64,000 nt of DNA from contig OZ251228.1 of NCBI GenBank assembly GCA_965240325.2, forward strand, positions 1,550,001 through 1,614,000. The letters run 5' to 3'. Below, piece by piece: positions 21,159 to 33,007 of this stretch. The stretch comes from Rebecca billardiae RCC1528 (lineage: Eukaryota > Protista > Haptophyta). The notes beneath the pieces are model-generated. The model saw nothing but the letters and a program-made list of their open reading frames with translations, did not search any database and was not told the origin of the DNA. Position 1 is the stretch's first letter; each line of letters opens with the position of its first letter. The translations under genes and the position numbers were made by a program.

Positions 21159-23006
21159 ATGGCCCGCGGTGCAGGGCGGAGCGCGCAGCGTGGAGCCCGC
21201 ACCAGCGGGCCCGAACCACGTTTCAAAAAGATTTTGATCAAGAAAAAAGGGACGGGGGACGATTTTCAGGGCTGGAGGAGACCGAGTTTCGAATTTTGAG
21301 ACCGCACTAGAGGTATCCATCCGGCGACAAAGGTCGCGCCCACGACAAGTTCATATTGGAGTGACGCCCGTCCAAAAAACTTCACGCCCTTTAGGATCCA
21401 TAACGTAACGAACCGTTACAAGCGATTTTTTCCAGCCAATGAGATTGCCGCAAGGTCATCAAGGAGCGATGACGACGTATCTAGATAGCCAGCCGGCACC
21501 GCGGGCCATTAGTTCATTACTTGTGTGCTGGACTGCGCTTGTTATTAATTCGTCATTACTTGTGTGCTGGACTGCCGCTAGCTTTTGCGGGTTCTGATCA
21601 TCAATCACCCAGGGCCCGGTCTGGTCATAAATGAGCCGCCCGCCGTTTATGACGACCCATTCATGTACATGTATGAACAATGGGTCATTAGACCGCGTCG
21701 TATCTAAAAAAAACCGCTTCACGTTGCACCGCGTCGTATCAATGCTCGTAAATGAAATTCTATTCTACCGCTTCACGTAGTAACCCTGATGATGATCATA
21801 GATTATTGAAGATGCTCGCGTCGAGTCGTCGCGGCCCCGTCACCGACGCAAAACAACAGAGGACAGAGGTGGGCCCGATCGCACGTGGGGGGCGATGGCA
21901 AGCAGCACCTCGACCGGCGACGCCGACCAGGACTACGTTCGCCGCGTATTGAACGCGCTGCTCGACTCGAGGACGGTGACGCGGGTGAACAACACCACGT
22001 TCCAGAGCACCGCTGCCGCCATCTCCGTCGCCAGGCACAAGCAGACCATCCCCGGCGCCGCGAGCGAGTACGGCGTGTCAACAAAAGCGATCAAGCAGCT
22101 CCTTGGCCAGGTCCGCAAGGTGCTGGCGGCGGAGGGCGCACTCGGCAGCGGTGGCGCTGCGCGGTTGATCACCGACTTCACCACGCGCCCCGCAGGCCAG
22201 CTCCCTCCCTCCTCCTCATCCGGCCCAACAGCTGGCAGCCGCTTCGAGGCACTCGCCGCGCTCGGCGGGGAAATGCCCGCTGCAGAGCAAGCACAACCGC
22301 AGCGGGGGCGCCCGGCCGGCTCGCTCAGCCTGCTGGGCACGCTCAACCTAGGCGTCACGTGCTACCTCGGCTCGCTGCTGGCCGCGCTGCTCGCGTGCCC
22401 TTCCATCGTCTCGCTCGCCACATCTGCCGCGGCGGAGCAGTGCACCAACCCCATCGTGTCCAGCATGCTGCGCTCGCTGGCGCTCGCGCATGTCAACTGC
22501 GAGTGGCCCAGCGAGGTGGGGCCGACGCGTAGCTTGCTCAAGCCGCTCCACGACGCGATCGCGGAGGTCTGTCGGTGGACAACGGCGTTTGGGCAGCAGC
22601 AGCAGGACGCGTGCGAGGTGCTGTACAAAATCATGGAGGCCCTGGCTGGCTGCGACGAGGCGTGCTCATACCTTGGCTTGCTCGAGTGCCTCGGTCAGCT
22701 GGCGAGCGAGCAGCCCTCGCAGCAGCAGCGCGTGCCGACGCCGACGATCTCGCAGCAGCAGCGCGTGCCGACGATCTCAGTCGGCCATGACTTCGACTGT
22801 ACACAATCGGCGCCTCGCCGGCGGCTGCGATGGGCCCGCCCGGCCGCGCGGCGGGCGGCGGCGCGCCGCTGGAGTCTACTCGCTGCCGGGCTCGCGGCCG
22901 GGCGGGCCCACTCTCGATCGCGACGGAGGGTGCGACGGAGGGTGCACCGCCACCGCGGGCCCCGAACTACGTTCGTTCTACGGAAAAGGACCGCGGAACG
23001 CGGTCA
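21159..23006 (+). mobile_element. Helentron-like non-autonomous element
   Basis: TT|ATGGCCCGCGGTGC 5' end folding with a nearby IR; 3' subterminal IR caccgcgggcc (22951-22961); terminal hairpin gaccgcg-gaa-cgcggtc (22989-23005), then TT. Confidence 0.6.
21895..22800 (+). pseudogene. HTH plus truncated ubiquitin-specific protease (C19) cargo ORF
   Basis: psq-like HTH (AISVARHKQTIPGAASEYGVSTKAIKQLL), Cys box [18 protein letters not shown] and QQDACEVL box. No convincing His box. Confidence 0.6.
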
Positions 23007-23061
23007 TTATATTGATTATTCGAGCCGCCCGGTGGCCGGTGATATACCAAATAAGCAATGA

Positions 23062-23235
<174 letters not shown>

Positions 23236-23343
23236 CTGCTGATGATGTGACATCAATGATGACGACCATCTCACGCCCGCCGATGACAACCGATGACGAA
23301 TATCAAACCAGATCAGTCATCCGACTGCACGTGCAGCGCTCGC

Positions 23344-25803
23344 TCACGGGCCGTTGTCGAGGAGCGGTGCGCGGCCCTGCGCCGACATCGTGCTGCCGCC
23401 GCCAGCGCCGCCACACCGCGCGCGCGCTTCCCCCGCACCCGCCCGCCCGTTGCCCGCCGCGGCGCTGCCGCCGCCCGGCGGCGGCTCGGTGGCATCGACC
23501 CAACGCTCCGAGGCGCGCGTCCCGTCGGCCGCCGAGCCTGGCGCGCGGGCCTCCGGATCAGCAGTGTCGTCTTCGTCCGCCTCGAGCGCGTCCTCAGACC
23601 ACATGCGCCCGAGCTCGCCGCGGCTCACGCCGACGAGGACGACGGGGAGCAGCGTGCACGGCACGAGGTAGAGCAGCGCGGGCTGGCCGCGTACGCCGTT
23701 GAACGTCAGGCCGATCAGGTTGGCGAGCAGCGCGAGCATCAGCCCGACCGCGTACCCCACCGACACGATGGCATAGTACCAGGGCGCGCACCGGCCCGCG
23801 CGCGCCGCCGCGTCGGCGCGCTCGGCGTCTGCGCGCTTGGCGCGGCCGAAGCACATGCCGCACGCGCCCCGCGGCGGGCCACGCGTGAGCAGGTCGTAGC
23901 GCAGCGCGAAGCAGACCAGCAGTCCGGGCATCACCACGTCGCCCAGCCCGAGCATCGAGTAGCCGCCGCCAAAGTCGAAGCGCGGCAGCATGAAGAGAAC
24001 GGGCATGCGCTCGCCCTCAATGTGAGCACACGTGCGGCCGTCGGCGGAGAGCTTGGCGCGCGCGTTGCCCGCGGCGCCCGCCGTGGCCACCTCGACCATC
24101 ACCGACTTGCGGAAGATCAGCGGCGAGATGAACACCATGAAGATGTCGTACACGAAGAAGACGCACAGCAGCACCGCGGCGACGCGCACGCTCGGCAGCC
24201 GCACGGTCTTGAGAAAGAGCGCGCACATCGAGAGAGCCATCAAGTCCTGCAGCGCCCACGCGTACGGCGCGTGGCGGCAGACGTAGTACCACACGACGAG
24301 GCCCGCCGCGATGGCGAAGGCGATCACGTCGGCGGCGGTGATCGTGCCGAACGTCTCCGTGTGCACCAGCGCCGCGCGGCGGAAGAGCCTGCGCGCGCGC
24401 GGCGCGCGGCGACGCGCGAGGGCGGCGGCGCGCGCGCGCCGTGAGCGCGACGCCGCGCGCCGCGCCGTGGTACTGGCGGCGGCGCGGGCGGGAGGGGCGC
24501 GCACACCTGGGGTTGAGCCTGTGCACGAGCGGGAAGCTGCCAAACTGGAAGATCGCGGAAATGCACCCCAGGCAGAAAAAGATCTGGATCACGCGGATCA
24601 CCCAAAAGGCTCCGAGCTGCGCGCGGCGCGGCGCGGCGGCGCGGCGCGGCGCGCGGCGGTGCGCATGAGCCGTGGCGGTAGGCGCGTCAGCCGCCATGCG
24701 CTGGCGTGGACATGCAAGGGTGCGCACGCGGCTGGCGCGGCGAGGGGCGAGCGCACCTGCAGCAGCACGAACATGACCACGAGTGAGATCGACGCGACCA
24801 CGACGAAGCCGAGCGCGTGCGTCGCCGTCAGGTCGAGCGTCTCTTCGTCTGCGCCGCCGTCCGCGGCCGGGGCGCGCGCATCCTCTCCCCAGCCCGCAGC
24901 CTTGCGCTCGGCCGGTGAGGGCAGCTCGGCGAGCGCGCGCTCTTTCGAGGTGGCGAGCCACGACGCGGCGACGACGGCAAAGACGCCCAGCGCCCAGATC
25001 AGCACCACCGACGGATCGATCGCCATCCGCCTGCGCTCGGACGCGCGCACGCGCTCGCGGCGAGAGGCCGCTGCGCGGAGCACGTGCGCGTCCGCCCGCC
25101 TCACGTACACGGCGGGGATCATGCCGGCCATGTCGATCTGCTCGCCGAGGTTCATCACCATCGGCTCGTCGAGCAGGCAGCACACGGTGAGCGCCTGCCC
25201 CGCCGTCACCGCATCCGACGGGAGCAGGCCGGCCACAGCGCACTCCCCTGAGGGGCACGTGCCGCCACCGCCGCACTGCTGCGCGAAACCGCCGAGCCGT
25301 TGCGCGGTGGCCGCGGGCGATGCCGGGTCGCCGGCTGCATGCACCTCGTGCGAGGCACGCGCGCAGTCGAGAGAGCATGGATCCGTCAGCGCGTACGAGC
25401 TGCTCACGTTCGTGTACGCCGCGCCCAGCGTGCTGTACACGCCGACCAGCGATGCGCCGGCGCGAATGGCCGCCGCGACCTTGTCGCCAAAGTTGCAGCC
25501 GCCACGCTCGGCGATGACGGCGAAAGGCGGCGCGTCGGGAGCACTGAGCTCGAGGGGCAACTCCAGCTCGCCACATGCGTCCGCAGGCACGGCATCGACG
25601 AGGAGGAGCTCGACCTCGCCAGCGCCGTCAGCGACGGTTGGGAGGGAGACGAGATTCGCGCGCGTCGCGAGCACCTCGTCGACGCCGTCGGGAGCGTTCG
25701 GTATGCGAATGATGAAGTCGGCGACAGCTGCTTGCGCCCGCGCCCTGGCCACGCCGCCGGCGAAGGCGACGAGCGCCAGCGCGAGCCGCTGCGACCAGCG
25801 CAT
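23344..25803 (-). CDS. SPPL2: Signal peptide peptidase-like 2 (PA domain plus GxGD aspartyl protease; introns 24617-24756 and 24389-24506)
   Basis: Signal peptide; PA motif [10 protein letters not shown]; catalytic [10 protein letters not shown] and [10 protein letters not shown]; [10 protein letters not shown]. Confidence 0.93.
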
Positions 25804-25962
25804 GGCGGACGTGACGACAACGTGAGGCGCCGGGATGGCAGCGCTCCCCCTTCGGGCCGCGTCAGCAATCCAGCTCCCGGACTTCGCCCTTCGACCTTCG
25901 GGTAGCGGCCCGGACTTCGATTTGAACACTGCTGTCTTGGCCGTCGCCGCTCGATCAACACC

Positions 25963-26610
25963 ATGCTGTCGCTCCTCGGGCGTGCGTGGAGCGCGTTGCC
26001 CTCGCTGTTCAGCGAGCCGGAGCCGGAGGCGCCCGAAGCGGGGGCAAAGGGTAGGTCACCAAAGAAGTCTCCGGCGAAGGCGCCGAAGCCAGCGCCCAAG
26101 GCGGCGACCCCTGCAAGCGCAGCGCGTGCCGGGAAGGGCACACCCGGCACGGGAAAGGCGCGGCGGGAAGCAAAACGCGACAACCTCACTTCGGAGGACT
26201 CGAGCGCGTACTCGGTGGAGCTGCGGATGGACGGAGACAAGACCGTCGCGGTATGGTCGCACACCGCCTGCCGCCCCGGCGACGTTGACGCGTGGATCGG
26301 GCTGCACGCGATCCTTGGCGACGACCATGAGGACGAGGTCACGCACAACGTGGGATCCCTCGTTGTGTCGGGGCGCCTCCTCTACAAGGCTGTGCGTGCA
26401 AGGAAGCTCGAGGGTGAGACGTCGTTTCCAATCAACCCCGAGAGGCTCGAGGACGGCCAGTACATCCTCGCGCTGCACAACGCCGGCGGTGGGCGCGTGG
26501 GGGACGAGAACCTCTTCCTCAGCACAAGCGACCCGTTCACCGTCAAGGGCACAAAGCTCCTGAGCGTCAAGTCGGGGGCAAAGAGTCCACTCAAGCGCGC
26601 CAAGAAGTGA
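25963..26610 (+). CDS. Hypothetical protein: K/A/P-rich N-terminus plus SKICH-like beta-sandwich
   Basis: 215 aa with good codon usage; DAWIGLH...GETSF...GQYILAL...STSDPFTV resembles a SKICH domain. Confidence 0.6.
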   Translation: MLSLLGRAWSALPSLFSEPEPEAPEAGAKGRSPKKSPAKAPKPAPKAATPASAARAGKGTPGTGKARREAKRDNLTSEDSSAYSVELRMDGDKTVAVWSHTACRPGDVDAWIGLHAILGDDHEDEVTHNVGSLVVSGRLLYKAVRARKLEGETSFPINPERLEDGQYILALHNAGGGRVGDENLFLSTSDPFTVKGTKLLSVKSGAKSPLKRAKK

Positions 26611-27059
26611 ACACGCTCACATTGATTGCCGAGCGAGCGCGACGAAACGCATGAGCTGGCGCGTGGCTCGGCGGCGCAGGCACGATCGACAACGCCCGTC
26701 GGGCAGAATGCGAGAAGCCGAGAGGCGAGATCGATGATGTTCTGCTAATTACTGGCGGACCCAGGAGCCGTCGCCTGCACCACCGGCACCGGGGTGCGGC
26801 CCATCGATTATCGAATATGTTCGCGTCAAGTTAGTTACTAGCTAGTAGTCACTGCAGCATGTATATATATATATATATATATCGACGATGAATCGATATT
26901 CACAGACTACCGCATACACAGAGTAACAGACTTACAGTAATCAGAATCTTGAGCACGGCCGTACCGCCGGTACGGCTAATAGTAGCGTGAAGTGAAATCT
27001 CAGGATTCAAACCGGTCGGCTAATCAACTGCTCAATTATAGCAGTTCATCACTCAGATT

Positions 27060-28956
27060 TAGGTGGGCCCACTGGCCACTGTGGGATTATAGTGACGCAG
27101 AGCGCGAGCTCATAGCGCGATGTTTACTTTCGTCTCGAGCTGGATTCCAGCCCCAGGAGATGGCCCCTGGCCTGCCTGGTTAAAAAACCAGTGGTACATG
27201 CTGTAAATATAGGGAGTAACGGTGGTCCTATTTACTTATTGGAAATGGCCTGTGACCAATGTAACGGCCATGTAACGGGCGTCTTAAACGTGATATATAG
27301 GGTCGACAGACGTCACTTTGATATAGCACTTTGATGAGCTGATCATAGGTCTTCAGCAGCATGCACACCCATTGTCACATATACGGCGTATATGGGCACT
27401 GTGAGAATACGGGATAACGGCCGTTACACCCGTGCGTTACATATACACCGCCATGCTGATCAGCATGGCTGCCATAGTATTTCAGACTGTTTCAGACTGC
27501 TCTCGTAGCAGCCGTACGGCGTGCATGTGACACCTAAGAAGTTTTCCAACCCTTCTACCCTCGAAGGAGGAGTCCTAAGGAGCCGTGGGCAAAGATTGAG
27601 CCGCACCGAGTCGCGGCGCCAGCCCGCCCGCCGTGGTCAAGGCAAGCAGGAGTGGTGCACGCGGCGCCGGGCCCATCCAGCAGCCCGCAGCGTAAACACG
27701 GCGGACAAGGTTCGTCGAGAGCTCATCTGTGGCGTTCAAGGCAGGCACTGCTATGCATCGAACGCCTTTTCTCATGCCCCGACCTAACCGTTGCTCTACA
27801 CTGCGACCAAGCTGTGTCCGAGCTGTCCTCAGCTGGACCGTCCTTTGCCTAACTGTGCGCAACGGCCGCTTCGTCGCAGCGCCGAGCTGGCTCGCCGTGG
27901 TGCGCGCGCGCGTGTAGCGATGTGCACTCATCACCGCTTCCTGCATGATGGCAGGGCAAGACATGGCTCGCAGGTAAGCTGATACGCCTGCTGACCGTGC
28001 ACCGGCGTCGGCGGCGCCACCAACGTGCTCGGGCAGGCTCACGAAGGGCTCAAATCACTGGTGAACGCATCAACTGTACCGTCCGCAGCGAGCACGGCGC
28101 ACAGCGGATGACCAAGCAGAGGCGGGGCGACTGCTGTGCGGCCGCGCGGGGGGAGTAGCTGGGCTCTTGAGGTACGCGTAGAGCCACGACAGGGCTCAAC
28201 AAGCGCATCAGCTGCGATCTACCCGGCTTGACGCGCAGCCCGACCTCGTGCAATCGTGTGGCTCGAGGCCCTCCAAGGGGCTCGTAGCTTCCAAACACCT
28301 GAGGTGCGTCGGCACTGAGAGTTGAGTCGAGGCCGGGGAGGTAACAGACGGCACACGCATCCACTTTGACCGCTGTTTGACCATCAGATCCTTCCCCAAG
28401 TGCCCACGATCATGTGAACAGCCACAGCGTTCGGTCACACCGCACAGACTTCCGGGGACCTGACCGACGAGGCGGGTCTCCGCAGGGCCACAGAAGTAGC
28501 TGGGCCTTGCCAGGATACCATGCATATGCTGTCCGAGTAACGCTCCGGAGTGTCCGAGTTGATTCGAGTGCGTCCCAAGCCCGCGTTGTGCACGCATTAC
28601 AATCCTCAAAGCTGTTCCGGTGTTTGAACGCGCGACTGTCGGCGAGAGATGGCGGACCGGGAAGATGACCCAGGGATGAACCGTTCGCATGGCTCGTTTC
28701 AGAGGGCTACGCAGTATGCCACGGGCGTGCGGCGCAGCGTGCCTCGCATGGTAGGCGGGCAAGCGCGGCGGACAACGCGCTGACGACGCGCACAGGTCGA
28801 TCCCGGTCATCGTTTTCGCGAGCGACCGGCTTCCCGGACCGGGAGTTTGGCGGCCTGGAAAAAGGGACTTCAGCGCGAGAAAAAGAGCACGGCTGCGGTC
28901 CGAAAAAGCCAGAGAGATTGTGCGTTTTCATTTTTAAATGGCTGTGGGCCCACCTA
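27060..28956. mobile_element. Non-autonomous TIR DNA transposon with a 7-bp TSD
   Basis: 13-bp perfect TIR TAGGTGGGCCCAC. TCAGATT is duplicated at 27053-27059 and 28957-28963. TAACGG subterminal repeats are present; no recognisable transposase. Confidence 0.8.
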
Positions 28957-29635
28957 TCAGATTCTGATGTGAATTCGATCAAGATTTCAGTTCCGATGTC
29001 GCAGTTGTCACTGTTAACTTGTCGACGAGACTAGCCACTAGTTAGTCACTACGTCTACTGCCGCACTCTACTGTAGGCTAACTAGCGTAACAGTGCTCAC
29101 TCAGTGTGACTGTCATGACTGTCTGACCAAGCCCTGTCCGCAACTCCTCGGACTACTCACTCTCAGCAGGCCAGCTCAGCAGCCGCGTCGGACTCGGCGT
29201 GAGGCCGTGAACAAGCGACACAGGTCATCACTCTCAGTGAGACACTCTGGTCAGACTCAGACGGGCTCCGAGAGCGTCCGCGGCTGGCCGCGGCCGCGCC
29301 GTGCCCGTCGGCGTCGGCCGGGCACGGGGCAGGACAGAGGCCGCGCCGCGGGCCGTCGCTGCCAGCCAGCGCCAGCGTCAGGGTGACGCCGTTATGAGTG
29401 GCAACAGTGTGCCAGAGTGGTCATCCACTCCCAGGTGAGTCTCTTGAGCGCCGAGCGGTCGCCGGGTTGGCACGTACACCGCACAGCCTGAGCCACAGGG
29501 GTGACAGGCCGACCCTGCGGCCTGCCCCTGGCCTGCGTCGCGCCAGGCGGCCCGGGGGTGATCAGGACCGGCAGGTTCGGAACGCAACCACCGTCGATGG
29601 CCGGATGCGTCGTCGAAGCGACGATGAGCGCCTCG

Positions 29636-30963
29636 TCACACCATCTTTGTGTTGGCCCCCTTCTTTGCGGCGGGCTTGGTGCCGCTGGCCCCCTTCTGCG
29701 TGCCCTCCGCGTATGGCTGATACTCTCTCCGGTTCGGGCCGCAAGGGTCGGCAATGCCCGCGCCCGGAGCGGGCATGATGGCGTGCATGGTGAAGCGCAC
29801 GACTGCAGCGACCCAGCTGTGCGGGCAGGGGCGGGGCGGCCGCGTGCGTCAGAGCGCGGCCGGTTGGGCGAGCGCGCGCGCCCGCGCCGCGGGAGGCGCG
29901 AGCCCGCACCAGACGCAGTATGCCAAGAAACCCGGCCCCGAGATGTAGCCCGTGCCAATATCTGCCTCGGCGAGCATCTTGGAGGTGCACTTGGCCGAGA
30001 AGGTGAGGAGCGCCATGCCGAGCGTGAAGATGCCAATCATGTCGGGGAACGTGCCGATGATCTTCTGGAAGTTGGTGTCCGCGCGCTTGCGGATGCGCGT
30101 CAGGCAGCCGATCAGCGCAAAGATCAGCGTGACCGCCGTGATCAGCGCGCCGAACTGATTCGCACTCGCCTGCATCGCGCAGTACTCGAGCGCGTCACAC
30201 GGGTACCCAAACGTGTCGGCGTCGTGCCGCGCGGAGGGCGCGCCGTGGCAGCCGGCGGTGACGTCTGACCACCAGTGCGCCTCGAAGTGGCAGCCGTCCC
30301 ACTCGTACCAGTCATCCCCTTCGAGCGCGTCCGAGCAGTGCACCATCACCAGCCGCGTGAGCCCGACGTAGGCGATCCTCCCCTGGCCGTGGCGCCGCAG
30401 GAAGCCGATGGCCCACGCGGTCTTCTTCACGACCTCGGGGTGCGAGGAGAGCGAGAGGCTGCCGTAGCCCGTGACGATGATCGAGACGACGGTGAAGGCG
30501 AGTGCCGTTCCCATCAAGGCCTTGCGCTCGCGGTCGGCGGCGTGGAAGCCGCAGTTGCCGATCTTCTCGACGTACTCGTTGTCGTTGAGGTACTTGTTCT
30601 TGCGCCCAAACACCCACGAGAGGATGGGAAAGGGCGGGACTGCGGACGCAGGTGGGCAGGCGTCGCATGGCGCAAGGGATGGCACGATCGATCAGACCTC
30701 CGGCGTACACGGCCGCGCGCCTTGGTCGCGCAGCCCGGCGTCGCGTGCATGGCGCGCGCACCGCCCTCGTCCTGCCAGAACGCCGGGCAGCATGCCTCCT
30801 CGTCTGGGCAGCCGCATCGCTCGCAACCGTCGCCTTCGTTGGGCAGATCTTCGACGGAGCGGACGCCAGTGCGCTCGGCGGGGACGACTGCGCTCTCTGG
30901 CGCGGCGGCCTCTGCCGCCGGCGCTGCCTCGATCGGCTTGGGCCTCGCACCACAGTTCCCCAT
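29636..30963 (-). CDS. Four-TM claudin/PMP22-like membrane protein with MGNC acylation-type N-terminus (introns 30640-30761 and 29817-29909)
   Basis: Spliced ORF with TM1, a W...YVGL...C loop, TM2, TM3, then GPGF-TM4. Confidence 0.65.
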
Positions 30964-31211
30964 CGCGGCTTTGCGGCGGCACGACTGAGCGGCTTTTGGC
31001 CGGTGCTTCCCGCCTGTTCACGCCCGCCTGTTTCAGTTTGAATCCACGGCCGAAACCGTCGAAAACGTCCAGTCTTGTCATCGATCAAGAGGCCGCCCGT
31101 CTCACTTTTATTCCGCGCGATGATAATAAGGCCGGTGCGGGCGTGCGGCGGCGGCGGCGGCGCCGGCCCGGGCCCGGGCGGGGGCGATCTCTTTGATCTC
31201 ACTGGGTGATC

Positions 31212-32093
31212 ATGGAGTCCGCCCCACCCCGGCGGTGGGTGCGCCCGCGCTCGGCGGTGCTCGCGGGCGTCGGCGCGTGCGCACTCGTCGCGCTGGTCGC
31301 GCTCGTGCGCTTGCGTGAGCTGCCCGCCTCGCGCGTGCGCTTCCATGCCACTTCGGACACTCTGGCGTGCTGCAAATACGTCGACGACGGGATGATGGAC
31401 GTGATCGATTGCCGCAACCACACGCACAAGCGCTGGTGCCAAGATCTGTGCTCGCACCAGAACAGCGATGACCCGCCGCCTTGCTTCAGGGCACATGCTG
31501 TGCCCACGAACGCGGCCCCGATCATCTCGCCGGAGCTCAGCGTGGGTGCACCCATGCACACGCTCCGCACCGAGCAAGGCTATCATCTGTGCCCGCAGCG
31601 CGGGTCCACTGCGCGGAGTTATCCGAATGTGCAGGCGTCGTGCAACCCCGCGTACTTTGGCCGGCACGGTGGGCACTGCACCAAAGTCGTTCACTGGATT
31701 CCGGAGCCGGACCAGGCGCGCCAAACATCGGAGCCAGGCTGCACCATGACGTGCATTGACCCCGCAGGCACCAACCACATCGGGCTCAACCGCGACTACG
31801 GCGCCTCGTGCTGGGCCAAGGACGGGTGCTGCCCGCCGCAGTACACGCGGCCGGCCGGGTACACGCACGTCACACAGTTCTCCGCGACCGGCCATTCCCT
31901 GGGCATCCGCCACTCGCTTCGCTTCGTCATCGACCCGGACTACCCCCTGTTCAACGGCACATACATTAAGGATGGAAAGCCTGCGGAGCCCACCGACAAA
32001 TCACGCAATGGCCGTCCTAATTGGCCAGACGAAGCGGCGGCAGAACCCGACACTGCCACCGAGCGCTGGAAGAGCAGCCGCTGGGAGATGTGA
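31212..32093 (+). CDS. Cys-rich type II membrane/secreted hypothetical protein
   Basis: N-terminal hydrophobic anchor followed by a Cys-rich region; coding-like codon usage. Confidence 0.7.
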   Translation: MESAPPRRWVRPRSAVLAGVGACALVALVALVRLRELPASRVRFHATSDTLACCKYVDDGMMDVIDCRNHTHKRWCQDLCSHQNSDDPPPCFRAHAVPTNAAPIISPELSVGAPMHTLRTEQGYHLCPQRGSTARSYPNVQASCNPAYFGRHGGHCTKVVHWIPEPDQARQTSEPGCTMTCIDPAGTNHIGLNRDYGASCWAKDGCCPPQYTRPAGYTHVTQFSATGHSLGIRHSLRFVIDPDYPLFNGTYIKDGKPAEPTDKSRNGRPNWPDEAAAEPDTATERWKSSRWEM

Positions 32094-33007
32094 CGCCGCG
32101 GCGTCGAGGCGCACGCGCACCTCAGCACGCTGGGCGCCGCCAACGCTTCGCAGGTGGGCTGCTCGGGTACCAGCGGCGGCCGCCTACTGGAGTTGGACCC
32201 GGCTCCCGCTGGGCCCGCGGACCGTGGGCGACTGGGCGACGACACCGACCGGGCGACACGGTCACGGCGACCGCTTTGTCGGCGGCGTCGGGAGCAGTGA
32301 CCGGCGGACGACGACGAATGAATCGGATCCCGGATCACTGCAGACATCACTCTAAGTAAGTGGCCATCGCGTTAGTTGTCTGTAGTGTCTGTCTGTTGAG
32401 GGCGCTAACTGGGCACTACCACTCACACTGGATTCTGTCATCTGACAATTTCTGACATCTGTAGTCGGTCACTACTATGATAAGTCTCTGACGAATAACT
32501 TCTGTCGTGCCGAACGGTGCGTGAGTACGGTGCCGACTCACGACCGCACTGCCACTGTGACTGGTTATTGTCGCCCTGCGGTCTGTGCCACAGTCTGAGT
32601 CTGTGGCCTCCCGGCGGCGGGGTGCCTGCGGTAGTGGCCTGTGGGCTCGGAGTGGCGCCCTGGCACTAGTCACTCAAGTCAGTGCGGCAGCTTGTCGATT
32701 CCGGAGTCGGTCCGCGGACGGCTGCGCAGCAACAGCAGCAGTGAATGAAGCTGCGGCCTGCAGCCTTCCAGCGCCGACAGGTCGGCAGCCGGCCGCGCCC
32801 CCGGCCGCCGGCCGGGCCAGAAGTCTCCGGCCCAGACTCCAGAGGGTAGGAGGGAAAGCACGCTGCGCACTGCCGAGACAGCGGCAGGCAGTCCGCCACG
32901 GCGGCGAATCGGCTGAGGCGGCCCTGGATCGGCAGATGAGCCGCAATCCGAGTGCAAGCACAGCGCACACTCCCAATGCGACCCCACAGCACGGCTCGCG
33001 CGCGCGC

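Noticed and set aside
22981-23020. RGHYIDY as the USP His box
   Set aside because: It overlaps the element's terminal DNA hairpin and AT flank, lacks the upstream H.G and the downstream Asp box, and the intervening USP core is missing.
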